The position numbers and the translations under genes are program-made. A stretch of 64,000 nucleotides of DNA from Thalia democratica (Eukaryota): the NCBI GenBank assembly GCA_965202585.1, contig OZ241830.1, positions 54,312,001-54,376,000 on the forward strand, read 5' to 3'. The notes beneath the pieces are model-generated. The model was not told the origin of the DNA and ran no database searches. It saw nothing but the letters and a program-made list of their open reading frames with translations. Within the stretch, counting starts at the first letter, position 1; each line of letters begins with the position of its first letter. This document shows, piece by piece, positions 27,240 to 39,880 of the stretch.

Positions 27240-27664
27240 TACCGAAAGCTTGTGGTCTGATGATCAAAGTTATTTAATAAAACCTAGATGATAACATTTT
27301 TAAAATAAATAAACTTTATCTTTTAAGTGACAATAAAAGAAAAGTGCTCTAAAAGTTTGGTCTAAAAACCTGGTGTACGTAAGAACCTTAGTCGTACATC
27401 ACATGCTTTTCGATTTATTACGAGATTATAAAACTATTTTTTTATTTAAATCAACAAATAAAACAAACCGTAGAAAGAAACAAAGTTTTGTAAAATAATA
27501 AATATAAAACTTGATATTTTTGATAAAATATTTCTTTTTCCAGTTAGAGTTCATTAATTTTCAACTGTTTTTATGAATTTATTGTAAAACTAGGGAGACT
27601 TCTATTTTAGAAAATAATATTTTTCAATACAAAAATTTTTAAGGTTTATAAATTTCAAGAAAAC

Positions 27665-27884
27665 ATGAACGATTCAATTTTGCAAAAAGATGTAGGCTTA
27701 CGTATCAAAAACTACAACGGTCAAAAAAGTGTAAAACGAATTAAATTAGAAAACACAAGTTCAAAAACACTCAACTCTATTTTAAGTTCTAAAGACAATG
27801 TACATGCTTTTGAAGACTTGTGCAAACGGACAGCTATAAGTGATAGAAATAATTTGAAAATGTACAACGATGTTGCCGTTACAA
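27665..27884 (+). CDS. Probable first coding exon of the Kelch-like gene
   Basis: ATG-initiated ORF. Donor a|gtaaaa at 27885 (phase 1) is phase-compatible with acceptor tttttag|ga at 28150; the spliced CDS is 1680 nt (559 aa plus stop). Confidence 0.6.
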
Positions 27885-28150
27885 GTAAAAACTTTTTTTC
27901 TTATTTTGCTAAAATAATGAAAAGCTAAGAACATTTTTTAGGCTTATTTTCGTGAACTGTTCAAATTATGTTAGATTATTAAAATTTAATTAAGATTTCT
28001 ATAAATATTTATATTTTTTTATAAAGTAATGTAATTTAAATCAATGATGCTTATTGAAATAACAAAAAAAATTTTTTTTTTGTTTTATGCAAATTTTTAT
28101 CTGAAAATAGCTGTTAATAAACCAATAAAACTAGACTAGTACTTTTTTAG

Positions 28151-29610
28151 GAAAAAGGAAATTAACTCAAAGCAACTTAATTACGATCTTGAAAGCTAAC
28201 AGTGTTTTGCTGCATAAAGATGATATAAAAAAAAGTATTAAAAACCTCAGAAAAATGAAGAAAAAGATGAATGTTCAGAATGTTTCAACTTACTTTCAAA
28301 TAGCAAGTTATTTTAAATTTGATGAACTTGCTCAGCCAGATCTGTGCTACATTAAGCGTTTTTTTGCATTAGAAAGTAAAAATAAAAACTTTTTAGAATT
28401 AGATATAACATTTCTTGAAAAGCTTATTGCTACTTCTAGTTTAAACATTGATTCTGAAATGGAAGTAGTAAAAGTAGTTGATGATTGGGTAAGATACAAG
28501 TTTGAAGAAAGAATAAAATTTGCAAATAGACTTTTGTCCAAAGTTCGTCTAAATTTGCTATCAGATAGTGCTATTGCTGCTATTTTAAAGAGTAAAATGT
28601 GTTTTAAAAAAGTAAACGATTGTGTTTTGACACTTAAAGAAGGGTTGAACAAAAGAACGAGTTTACATCACGATAAACTAACAAACTCACGTTTAAGTAG
28701 GCACTGTGGCCAAAGTAATTTCGACATGATGATCAGTGGTGGTTTTAGTTATCAGGAAAGTACAATACTTCCCACCGTCAAAAAAGTCAAAGGGGAACTC
28801 TTCGAAAATGTAAAAGATCTCGACTCGATGAAATTTATCAGAAAACGCCACGAATCGATTTATTGCAGGGGGGCCGTTTACGTGTTTGGTGGCGAGGACG
28901 ATGATCAAATGTGTGTTAAAACTGTTGAGAAATACTCTTTAGCAACTGGCAGATGGGAAAATGTGGCTGAAATTGTTGATGCCCGACACGAGTTTCGTGC
29001 GTGTGCCTTCATGAACTACATTTTTATTATAGGAGGTCGAACAGTGCATGGGTACGAACTAAATTCTTGTTTGAAGTATAACACTGCAAACAACAGAGGG
29101 AAAGAGGTGGCGAAAATGAACGAAGGGAGACGATGGGCCGCTTGTGCGGTTTACGAAGGAAGAGTCGTTGTTTCTGGTGGATATGTTGGACAAGAATTTC
29201 CTGGAGCAAACACTGTTGAGGCATACGACCACATATCTAATGAATGGTCATCAATGCCAAATATGATCGAAGGAAGGTCCCTTCACCGTTTGGTTGCGGT
29301 GAGAAACAAGTTGTTTGTTATTGATTATTCATATTTTCCAAAAAAACAAACAAATGAAGTTTATGACTCTACTTTTAAAAAGTTCGTTTACTTAAAACAG
29401 AAACCAAACTTAAAGGTGAAGGTGTTTAAGTTTAAGCAATTTTCAAATAATGTTTTTTGTATCGGAAGCAAAATAATTGTACTCCTAAATGAATGTTCAA
29501 AAGCTTTATGTTATGATGTTGAAAAATCTAAATGGTCTGTTGATTCAATTGAAGTAACAAACTACATAACTCGGTTTAGCTGCGAACTTATACCTAAAAT
29601 GAAGTTTTGA
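28151..29610 (+). CDS. Kelch-like protein (BACK domain plus Kelch repeats, no recognisable BTB)
   Basis: BACK-like NFLELD...SSLNIDSEMEV...WVRY...ER...LLSKVRL. Kelch repeats VYVFGG...VEKYS...W, IFIIGG and VVVSGG...VEAYD...W. Uninterrupted ORF. Confidence 0.88.
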
Positions 29611-29722
29611 TCAAAACGAAATTATACTAATTTAAACTTTTTTACTTAATTTTTTTTTTCGTTCACTATAGTTATTAATTTTAAAAGTTAATTAATAAGT
29701 ACTATTTATTATGTTCTAAAAA

Positions 29723-30370
29723 AGGAGTGGGCAACGTACGGCCCGCGGGCCAGATTTGGCCCCTTGTGGTTTTTGAAATTAAATTGATTTCTGCCCGCTA
29801 AAATCAATATAACAAATTTTTCTAAAAAAATATTGTAAAAGTGTATAATAAAAATTATCAATAACTCTAGCCTAGGGTTTTTTTTAAATATATGGTTCCA
29901 AATACTTGATAAATAACTTGTATGCTGTAGCTTAAGTTTTTACGCACGAGTAATTTTTAGTAAACCAATTATTGTATTTATAAAATTAATATTAATCCGA
30001 CCCTGGGTTATAACAGATATAGAATTCTTAATTTTTAATAAACATTTAGAATATTATACTGGAGAAATTTTTGTGAGTGAAAAGAACTCATAATAGTGAT
30101 TTTCGGATTTATAAAACTAGTATCTGGCCATAAAAAAAGTACTTTATTTTTAAGTTAGGACCCAGTCTGATCCGTACCTAATTCTAAAATTAGTAATCGG
30201 CCAGATCGGAATAATATTTCGAAGTTAAGATTCGGTCAGATATTGATCTAAAAAGGCATTATCCGGTCGGACTCGGTTGCTTAATCCGATAGATCACTAA
30301 TTCGAAATGCTCCGGCCCGCCAAGGACTAACTTTTTCCAGATCCAGCCCGCCGATTTTGTTGCCTGCCCT
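29723..30370. mobile_element. hAT-type non-autonomous element (MITE)
   Basis: Left end ggagtgggcaacgtacggcccgcgggcc, right end ggcccgcc...gttgcctgccct. These imperfect TIRs with GGCCCG subterminal repeats are typical of hAT MITEs. TSD not confirmed. Confidence 0.7.
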
Positions 30371-31272
30371 TATTTTAAATCGATCGAACTAATTTTAAGT
30401 ATTTAAAAGTTAAAGATTTTGAATGCAATATCTAATATTTTAAAAATTCTTGGTACAACTAAGTTTTTCTTTAAATTAACATCTTTTTAAGTTTGGTGAC
30501 CTTAAGAAGACTTTTATTTTAATTTTTATGAGATTTTTAAAATTTTTTTACAAAATTTTATTTATTAAACGCTTCCTGAACTTTAAAGCATCAACTACTT
30601 AGTTTATAAATTAATATGTTGTCAACAAACCTTTATTTTAATAATACTTAAGCTTACAAAGAAAACTATCTTACATGCATTTAATACAAGTAAAATTAAG
30701 TTTTGTTGTTTGTTTCTACTATCTTATGAATATATTTGCGTATAAAATATGTATTACATGAAACTTAACTTATATTAACAATGTTTATTTAAAATTGTTT
30801 GATAAAGTTTGCAGTTACATCAATGATGTTTATAGAGACTCTTTTTTTTTTGAAAATTCTAATTATAATGTTTAATAAATTGTCGAGTTATAAACGTGTT
30901 TATATTGTTACTACATAATTTTTTGTTTAAATTTTTAATTGTATTTTATTAAATAAAAATGTAGTTGACTATTTGGAACAACTTAAAAACACGTTTTCAA
31001 ATTGAAGAAAGTGTTTTAAGTATTTTTGTTTACAAATAAAATAGGCTGTAAATTATGCTTTGTCTATTATAGACGTTATTATGATTCATAAAAATAAAAA
31101 AAAAAACATTGTTTACTTTAATCCTTTTAGAGCACACTCCTTACTATTTATTTTTACATAGTTTTGTTTTTTGATAAACAAGTAAGGTCAATTTAATAAG
31201 TAAATACATACTCAATATAAACTTTATATGTAAAACTTAGATCTTGTTATTTTTCAGTTAAGTTTACCCATA

Positions 31273-31620
31273 TAGTCTGTAAAACAAACATAATTAAAAC
31301 TTGGTCAATACTTATACATCTCCCCCAGATTTTATCTACAAAGGAGATAAAACGATAAATTTATTTACCTTGCAAAATAAATTATCTAAAACAACTTGTA
31401 ACAACTTAAACACAGTTTTCAGGTCTAAAAATCAACAAAATTAAACTCAAAAAGACAAAAACATTAAAAAGTTACAATTAACTTAGTTTACTATTAAATA
31501 AAATTGTTTAAAAAACTACAGTTTAAACAAACAAACTGTAAAGAAAAATTTGAAACTTAATTTTTACTCAACTGCTGAGTACGAGCATTTAGTTCTTAAT
31601 TGCTTCACCGATTTCAAAAG
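31273..31620 (+). repeat. ~350-bp copy of 38101-38445, bracketed by a ~100-bp direct repeat (31171-31272, 31630-31728)
   Basis: Near-identical sequence gtctgtaaaac..aaacataattaaaacttggt...gctgagtacgagcatttagttcttaattgcttcacc at both sites. Confidence 0.9.
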
Positions 31621-34371
31621 TTTTGTATTTTGATAAACATGTAAGGTCAATTTAATAAGTAAATACTCAATATAAACTTTATATGTAAAACTTAGATCTT
31701 ATTATTTTTCAGTTAAGTTTACCCATGTATACATACGTAGAGGGTTGTAAATAGGCTTATAAAGGTAGAAAATTAAATATGCCTAAAGTCAACTTTTCAC
31801 TGACCGTCATTTAAGGAAAAAATTGAAACTTTAAGTTTAACCGCTCGTTAGCGGTAGAGAGTCTTTTTTTGTTCTTCTCTGAAACTATTTAATCTTTTAA
31901 GTAGCGAACTCATTTCGGTTTAGCTGATTTGATTTTGACTTAGTTTGTTTTCACTTTGCGCTTATTTTAGCTTTGTTATTGTCTTTTTCGATTTTTTTGT
32001 TAACCATCAGTACTAGTGTAATGATGTCGATTGTTTTTAACATCGACTGTTAATACGGTTACATAAAAATTCAAGTTCGGCCAACTCAAATTCCGAAAAT
32101 ACAAATTCTTAAAAAAAAAAATACTACATCTCAATAAGTAATATAAATTTGATTAAAATAAAAAATATAAATGTAGATCTTCTTAATATCTTCAAGCCAT
32201 TTTTTTTCTTTTTTGCAGAATCTTAAATATTTTTCAAGATATTTTAAAACTATAACTATGTTTTTAACTTTATCTAATGCAATAAGAAAAAATGGCTAGT
32301 AGATATAATTAATATGACCTACATATGTATTTTTATACTTGACAAATATGCATTGGTTTTTTATTTGTGCCCTTTCAACTTTTTTTTAAAGAATTTGAAT
32401 TGTCGGAACTTTTATAGTCGTGCACCCGTTAGTTCAACGTATTTTATTTCTTATTATTTTGCTAGTACAGTTTGTTGTATATTTTTTTGCACGTTTAATC
32501 ATTGTAAATGCACTCGAAAATTATTGACTCGATTTCAATTGTACAAGTAGTTTAAGTTTTTTAACAACCTTATAAACCTACTTCAATAAACAATAGTTTA
32601 AGCTACTTAAAAGCTTTATAATCCTACTTCAATAAAGAATAGTATAGGTTAAATAAACACTTATAACCTATTAGAATAATAATATAAGTTCAATTTACCC
32701 TTCATAAATCTACTTTACTAATTAACGAGATTAGTCTAACACTAGCGTAAGAACTAACTAATATTTACTATATATTAGCGCGTTTAGTCAGTTAAACTCC
32801 AGGCCCATATCAATACAACCCTTTGTTAGTTTATGGTGACTCCGTCATCTGAGTAGCTACCTTCGTTAAAATTTTCACGTTAAATAGATAGAGTCCCAAA
32901 ATTAGTTTAAAATAATATAAAGACTTTAAGTTAAGCACACAAAAAAAATTTGCTAGTTATTATAAATATAAAATAATCTAGGCCTAGTAGCAGCCAATTT
33001 GCTAGGGACTTCATTAAGTTTAAAAAAGACAAGTATAAGACACTAGTTTCTGATTTTTCCTTGACTAACCTCCGGAACAATTAGCCTACAGAAATCTAAA
33101 TTGTAAGTTTATTTAGATTAAATTCTTAGAAACAACCTCATTAAATTGGTCAATGTCAAGCCGTGATAACGACCTCTACCAACTTATATTATGGGAAGAA
33201 CGTATAGCTCGCTCAATTAATTATATACAAAGGGGACGTGACTCTGTAAATTTAGAAGATTTTAGAGATCCCCAATGAGGTGGAGATAGGCGCAATGAGG
33301 TAATCGAGACAGACCACAAAAATCTAAAAATAAAAATAAAAACGGCCTGTAACAAAGTTATAGATTTTAACCTTAATATTATTTTGTTAAAAGCTGAGAT
33401 TAGCAAAAGACGAAGTAGGCGCGATATACTCAAGAAAACAGTATGAGAAAAAAGTATGGTTCGAGACTTCGAGTATTAAGGTTTCAGCAACATACAGTAC
33501 CAAGTCGTATTACGGGAAACGTTTGAAGATCTATAAATTATACAAAGTTTTTTGAAATTTCTCTTTTCATTAGGCCTTGTCCAAAAAATCAGGGAATATT
33601 GAAACCGTAATTAACCTATTCGAAAACTTTTGTAGGATAAACGAGATCAACTTCTTGTAACAGTTAGCACTGTTCTTTTCTTTCTTTTCTCTAAAAGTTA
33701 AAAACGCTTAAATTCAGTAAAGCGCTATGTTAGTTAGTTTTTGAGAGCGCTAGTGAACGTTATTGATAAGTGTTGTGTTCGCCTCGTACTTCTTGTACGA
33801 AGGCGACTGTCTTTTATATGAACTTGTGAATTGAAGTAGTTTATTTGTATATTTTGTTATTATGCGTAATCGCATATTCTATTCATTGTAATACAGCTTT
33901 GTGTTTCTAGACTAGATTTCTTTATATACAATTAGCTTAAGCATTCCAACAATCTAACTATTCAATTAGGCTAAGCTTAAATTATAGTCTAAGTTTAGTT
34001 CGCAATTCATTAAGTCGACTTAGCTAAGTCATTTCTAAATATTTAAATAACATTACCGATAGTGTTACAACGCACGGAGTCAGATAATAACCAGAATCGC
34101 GTAAACAAGTAACAATATTAGTAAACCGGGATTGTTAAATGCTTAACCATAGAGAGAGAATTAAATTAGTCTTATGGTCTAATGTTCTACCTTCTAAAGA
34201 TATCTGTAGTATTTTTTGGTTTAACTAGAATTGTACCTAGAAATCTCATTATCTTATTATCTATGATACCGATGAAATGACTAAACACAGCTGTGAAAAT
34301 TTTTATAGGTATCCTTTTGAGTTTGATCATAGTTTCTTGTTTTAAACTTTTCTTTTACTTGTATAACTTAA

Positions 34372-36003
34372 CAACAATGCTATATAACGCTAAAAGACTA
34401 CAAAAAAGATTTCGCCAGCAATCCCAAAACAAGATTAATAAATCCTAGCTATTCAGACATAGTTCAAATTAGCAAATGCATAACTGACAGAATCAACACT
34501 GTCTTAAGAAAATCAACCAGATACCTCCAATGGCGAAGTTCCCAAGAAGTTTTAAACTGGTACAAAAAACTTAAAAAATACAAATACAAGTTCATGAAGT
34601 TTGACATTGTGGAATTTTACCCATCTATAACTGAAAAATTACTAAGTAAAGCTCTAGCTTTCGCAAACGAAAGTACAAAAGTAAGCGAACAAGAAATGAA
34701 GATTATCTTAAACGCATCTAAATCAGTATTACATAATAAAGAAGAAGTTTGGGTGAAAAGAAAAAGTAACACAGAAAAGAATGAACTTTTCGACATCACC
34801 ATGGGAGGAAAGCATGGAGCGGAAATATGCGAGCTAGTAGGTCTCTATATACTACATAAACTCAAGAATGCGCTCCCAAGTCTAACAACAGGACTGTACC
34901 GCGACGATGGTTTAATTGTCATAGAAAAAAACAAAAGTAATGTTGATATAGAGAAAGTAAGAAAATCTATGCACAACGTATCAAAAGACATGGGAATAAA
35001 GTTAGATATCGAAAATCCTTCACGTAAAATTAACTATCTAGACCTAAGCTTCAACCTATACAACCACACATTCCAACCATATAGAAAAGAGAACAGCAAA
35101 ATTATATACATTAATTCAAAGTCCAACCACCCTCCAGCAATACTAAAGCAAATTCCAAAAATGATAGAAGAAAGACTTTCCAAAAATTCTATCAATGAAA
35201 ATCTATTCAATGAAATAAGTAAAGATTACAATGACGCAATAAAGTTAAGTGGCTACAATTACAAAATAAAGTTCAAAGGTGAAGATGATGGAAAGAAACG
35301 GCCTAGAAAAAGAAAAAGAAAAATAATATGGTTTAATCCACCATACTGCAAATCCGTAAAAACAAACATTGGCAAGAAATTTCTCCAAATATTAAACAAA
35401 TACTTCGGAGTAGACAGTAAATTCAAAAAATACTTGAATAAGAACAACATCAAATTAAGTTACAGCTGTTTGCCAAACATTGAGACAATCATAAAGAATC
35501 ATAACAAGAAGCTCACAAACTGCAACAAGAATGATGAAGATGAAACATGTAACTGTAGAAACAAAGAGAAATGTCCTTTGAAAGGCGGTAACTGTAGAGC
35601 AAAAAATGTCATATACCAGGCCACAGTAAAAACTGACAATGCAACTAAAACATATATTGGCCTAAGCGCCAACCAGTTTAAAAAAACAGTGGCAACCCAC
35701 AGAACAACCATAAATAGCAATCCAGAAGATAGAAATTATATGCAATACAAACAAGCAACTGAACTATCAAAATACCTCCACACATTGAAGAACGAAAATA
35801 AAAATTTTGAATTGACTTGGACAATACTAGAAAAAGAATATAAATCAAAACCTAGAGTAGTAACGTGCAGGTTGTGCTTGAAAGAAGCATTAAAGATCCT
35901 TCAAGCAGATAAGAATTGTATTAATAAAAGATCAGAATTAATGAGTTCTTGCAGACACAGGAACAAATTTTTATCATTTTATTGGAATGAATCTAAAACC
36001 TAA
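34372..36003 (+). CDS. Penelope-type reverse transcriptase plus GIY-YIG endonuclease (N-terminally truncated, no internal stops)
   Basis: The frame is open from 34372 (YITLKDYK...KTRLINPS...) through FDIVEFYPS, ITMGG, GLYRDDG, YLDL, WFNPPY, CNCRNKEKCPLKGGNC, VIYQA..TYIGLS, CRLCLKE and CRHRNK. Confidence 0.93.
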   Translation, partial: QQCYITLKDYKKDFASNPKTRLINPSYSDIVQISKCITDRINTVLRKSTRYLQWRSSQEVLNWYKKLKKYKYKFMKFDIVEFYPSITEKLLSKALAFANESTKVSEQEMKIILNASKSVLHNKEEVWVKRKSNTEKNELFDITMGGKHGAEICELVGLYILHKLKNALPSLTTGLYRDDGLIVIEKNKSNVDIEKVRKSMHNVSKDMGIKLDIENPSRKINYLDLSFNLYNHTFQPYRKENSKIIYINSKSNHPPAILKQIPKMIEERLSKNSINENLFNEISKDYNDAIKLSGYNYKIKFKGEDDGKKRPRKRKRKIIWFNPPYCKSVKTNIGKKFLQILNKYFGVDSKFKKYLNKNNIKLSYSCLPNIETIIKNHNKKLTNCNKNDEDETCNCRNKEKCPLKGGNCRAKNVIYQATVKTDNATKTYIGLSANQFKKTVATHRTTINSNPEDRNYMQYKQATELSKYLHTLKNENKNFELTWTILEKEYKSKPRVVTCRLCLKEALKILQADKNCINKRSELMSSCRHRNKFLSFYWNESKT

Positions 36004-36262
36004 TAATTTAAATATTAATAGCATTTTAATCATCTGTTAGTTTTTTTTTTTTTTCAGAACTTTGTTAAGAATTTGTTGTGTTTTCGTTTATATTGGATTT
36101 AATTTTTTTTTTGTTTTTATTGTTAATTTATACCAATATTAAGTTCACCTAATTATGCATTTTTCATTAAAATTTGAATAGTTAATGTTAATTTTTTTTT
36201 ACGCATAAATGAGTTCAAATTCACATTACTGTCAATGTCTAAATGTTATTTACTGTTTTGAA

Positions 36263-36308
36263 TTTATTTGACAAGGTCAGCTAACGCTCACCGAAACCAG
36301 GTAATAAA
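36263..36308 (+). ncRNA. Hammerhead-like motif in PLE 3' UTR, core decayed (TTGACAA)
   Basis: tttat TTGACAA ggtcagc-taac-gctcacc GAAAC cag GTA ataaa. Stem I is 5/5 and stem II 6/7. Confidence 0.7.
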
Positions 36309-36389
36309 CCAAAGCAGTACATAAATATTTGTATTATTATGCTTGTATAACTTAAGAAAATTGTTTGTACTGTTTTAGATATTAAATTC

Positions 36390-36790
36390 TAAAAGAATAC
36401 CCATAAAAAGACTAAACACAGCTTTAAAACTTTTTATGGGTATCCTTTGGAATTTGATCGTAATTTTTTTTTTGTATTTTACTTCAGAACTTTAAAAATT
36501 GTTTAAATTGTTTTAGCTGTTAAATTTTAAAAGGATACCCACAAAAAGACTAAACACAGCTTTAAAACTTTTTATGGGTATCCTTTTGAGTTTGATCATA
36601 ATTTCTTGTTTTAAACTTTTATTTAACTTGTATATCTTTAACAACTTGTTTAAATGTTTTAGATGTTTAATTTTAAAAGGACACCCATGAAAAAACTAAA
36701 CACAGCTTAAAAACTTTTTATGGGAATCCTTTTGAATTTTATCTAAATATTTTATTTTAAACTTTTATTTTACTTCAAGTTTTATTATCA
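36390..36790. repeat. Tandem array of three ~140-bp units, each containing a ~20-bp inverted repeat; a fourth unit lies at ~34262-34371
   Basis: aaaaggatacccacaaaaag-actaaacacagctttaaaa-ctttttatgggtatcctttt and variants at ~36391, ~36529 and ~36675. Confidence 0.9.
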
Positions 36791-38099
36791 ACTAAATGCT
36801 ACTTAAGTTAAAAACATACTTTTTTCAACATAACCCACTATCAAAACTGCAATATATAATTTAAGTATTACTTTAAAATCGAAATTAAAAACGAATTATG
36901 ACTTTATTTACTTTACAAGCACAACTTTTTTGATTAAGCTAGGGTGTCCCAGACTTTTGAAAAATATTTTAAAGTTATATAAATTGGTCTTCTGATTTTA
37001 ATTTAGCATACAACTGTCTTAACTCAAGGGCATTTAATGGACTTTTGAGTTTCAATAAGTTATTCTCTGCATCTAACTTCATGTTTTGTAACTAATAAAA
37101 AATACTGCTTAAAACTTAAAGCTTTAACTATATTATGATTAAGGACTTTTTTAAAGATGTATTAAAAGTAACTAACTTGCCTGGTAACAATTTTTAAAAA
37201 TATAAATTCATGCTGATTTAAAAAAAAAAACTCTACAACTAGAGTTTGATAAAATAAGTTTGTTTATGCAAATAATTGTTTTATATCTAAAAACTGTTCC
37301 TATAAATATTTCTTAAAAGCTTGAAATGTAAAAAAGTTAACAAAATTTAATAATAAGAAAAACTCTTTGCTCTCCTTAAATTTTGCAACTACTTAAATGA
37401 ACAGTAAATTTTAACAAAAATTAGTGGTAAAAAAGAAAAAGTGGTAAATAATTTGATCAAAATTAATTTAGTAAATTCTGGCATATTATGTAGATTAAGT
37501 TTACAAAAATGTCTAATAACTAGTTAAGTAAACAAATCAACAAAAATAGCTTTACTTTGTTTGCTTGGTAAAATTTTTTAAACTAAAAATTAGTTAGGTT
37601 CAAAAGTGTGACAATCAAATTTACATAAAAATTGCATTAAAAGTACAGTCAAAATTCTAAAATTTTCAGTTTATTCTGATTAAACTTAAAATATTTTTTT
37701 ACTAACAAATTTTAACTATTGTATTTATTTAGAATAAAATATAACACATTTCAAGAGGACTAGACTAGACTAAACTTTTTGAACGTGTAATAGCATTTAA
37801 TACTTAAACAACAAAATTTAAAACTTTGCTAACATATAAATATTTAAAGAGTTTTAGTTATGTAAATTATAAAAATTATTTCAAATCCATTTCTGTAAAA
37901 ATTTCAAAGGTCTTGCCAAAACTTAGCTAATACATAGATATTTAAACAACTTTTATAATGTAAATCTAAAAAAGTTCTTCAAATTTATTTCCGTAAAAAT
38001 TTCAAAGACCTGGCCAGAACTTTTTTAATAATAGTAGAACTCATTAAACAAATATCTTTCTTGGTAAGTTTGTTCACAAACTAATTACATAAATGATAA

Positions 38100-39063
38100 A
38101 GTCTGTAAAACTAAACATAATTAAAACTTGGTAAATACTTATACATATCCCCCAGATTTTATCTACAAAGGAGATAAAACGTTAAATTTATTTACCTTTG
38201 AAAATAAATTATCTAAAACAACTTGTAACAACTTAAACACAGTTTTCAGGTCTAAAAATCAACAAAATTAAACTCAAAAAGACAAAAACTCTAAAAAGTT
38301 ACAATTAACTTAGTTTACTATTAAATAAAAATGTTTAAAAAACTACATTTTAAACAAACAAACTGTAAAGAAAAATTTGAAACTTAATTTTTACTCCACT
38401 GCTGAGTACGAGCATTTAGTTCTTAATTGCTTCACCAATTTCAAACTTTTCAGCTTTGAAGAACGAAACCACATGCCAATCATCTAACCACCTTGAAACT
38501 TCACTCAAATCGCTAGTAATCTTTTCTATCATATTTTAAATTTCAAACAAAGTAGAAGGTGTATTACTGATAGCTGTTAACACTGAGGAAATACTGCTAC
38601 TCACATTTTCCAAATATTCGATACTATACAGCAGTTCAACTTTTAAAAAGTCAATCTCTGCGTCCTGTAAATCTGTCAGCGGCTACAAAATATACCACCC
38701 TTTCAAATAAAAATGATCACATTACAACTTTCAAATAATCGATTAGAAGAAAAATGTTGCAGTCAATGGTTCATTAGGAGGTAGGCGAGGATTACTTTGG
38801 GATTTGTGCGGTTTTCGTCGCCATTCAGTGTGTAGAAGAACGTTTTTCTGTCCTTGTACCTCCTTTTTTTTCTTCGCGTTTTTCTGCTCGTACATATTTT
38901 TCCTACTACGACCTTGGCTACAAAAGTTATCGATTTTTTCTGTATACAATCCGTCAATCAGAAGTGCATTTGACTCATCAGCATATTTGTTGTGACTTTG
39001 ATAAACTTTTTTACGCGACTTTATGCAGCATTGTTTACAGGTAGAACACTCAATATATTTCAT
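38100..39063 (-). pseudogene. Decayed multi-exon coding sequence of unknown family
   Basis: Long near-open minus frames broken by stops/shifts (KSITFVAKVVVGKICTSRKTRRKKRRYKDRK..., PLTDLQDAEIDFLKVELLYSIEYLE...EVSRWLDDWHVVSFF), and small AG/GT-bounded exons near 38140-38260. Confidence 0.45.
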
Positions 39064-39129
39064 ATATTTTCTGCTCTAAACAAACTTATCATATAGTTTA
39101 TTAAATCTGCTACAGGTTATTTTACCACT

Positions 39130-39880
39130 TAGTCTTTGAGTGGTTTCTTTAAGGATTTGTATGAGAAAACTGAGGCCGTAACAACGGGTTTTGACATTGC
39201 ATCACGTAACATCTCTTTTGCTTCCATAAAACCGCTTGTCTCATTGACAATTTTCTCATCTAGACTTTTCCATCTTAGGACCTCTTTCCGGATATCTTCA
39301 TCTGCCAGACCGGTCACTAGAATATCTTTTAAGATTATTTTTGTGAAGCCTATCACTTGACTGTAGCCATCTTTTGGGCAAGTACAAGTGTAAGAGCATG
39401 TACTGGTTTTTCCTTTTAAATGGGCAGCAAATGATCTTGTGTTTTCAGTCAAATCCTGTCTTGTACTAAGAAAGTCTGACCGTCGGAAAACAACTGAAAC
39501 AGGAACAAATGCTAGCTGTTTAACCATGCTTAAAAACTCTTGCTCAGTTGAACTTACTATTTCCGTATGTTCCTTTTATAATAGCATCACCTAGATTTCC
39601 TCACAGCACTAGTACAGTTGGTGAAGTTTTTCTGCCACTGTCATCTCTGTGCTGTCTTTAAACATAGTCCATTTTTGCACAAATATGTTCCAACTTTCTT
39701 CATTGCAGTCTCTCCCTATTCAAGCACGGTTCATCTTTAGAGGCTTTGGTTTTAAAGAACTTGCATTAATGTGAACGTTGTAGTGAATGATAAGTAAGGA
39801 GGCAGCTACATAAGCATTGACATCTTGTGTTTCATATGTGCAACAACTCAAGAGGGCATTTAATCACAGGCATTGTTGAT
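39130..39880 (-). mobile_element. Gypsy-like LTR retrotransposon gag fragment, decayed
   Basis: MPVIKCP...CTYET.D...LL.IH..VH, WNIFVQKWTMFK, KQLAFVPVSV..RRSDFL..RQD..E..RSFAA.LKGK and KDILVTGLADEDIRKEVL...EAKEM resemble recalled gag-like motifs. No pol in the window. Confidence 0.65.

Larger units (their letters stand above)
34372..36341 (+). mobile_element. 5'-truncated Penelope-like retroelement with 14-bp TSD
   Basis: cttgtataacttaa at 34358-34371 and 36342-36355 brackets an RT+GIY-YIG ORF and a 3' UTR containing a hammerhead-like motif. Confidence 0.92.

Noticed and set aside
38940-38985. Minus-strand CTGATGA-GTCAA...TTGAC
   Set aside because: It is followed by GGAT, not GAAA, and lies inside a decayed reading frame; likely chance.
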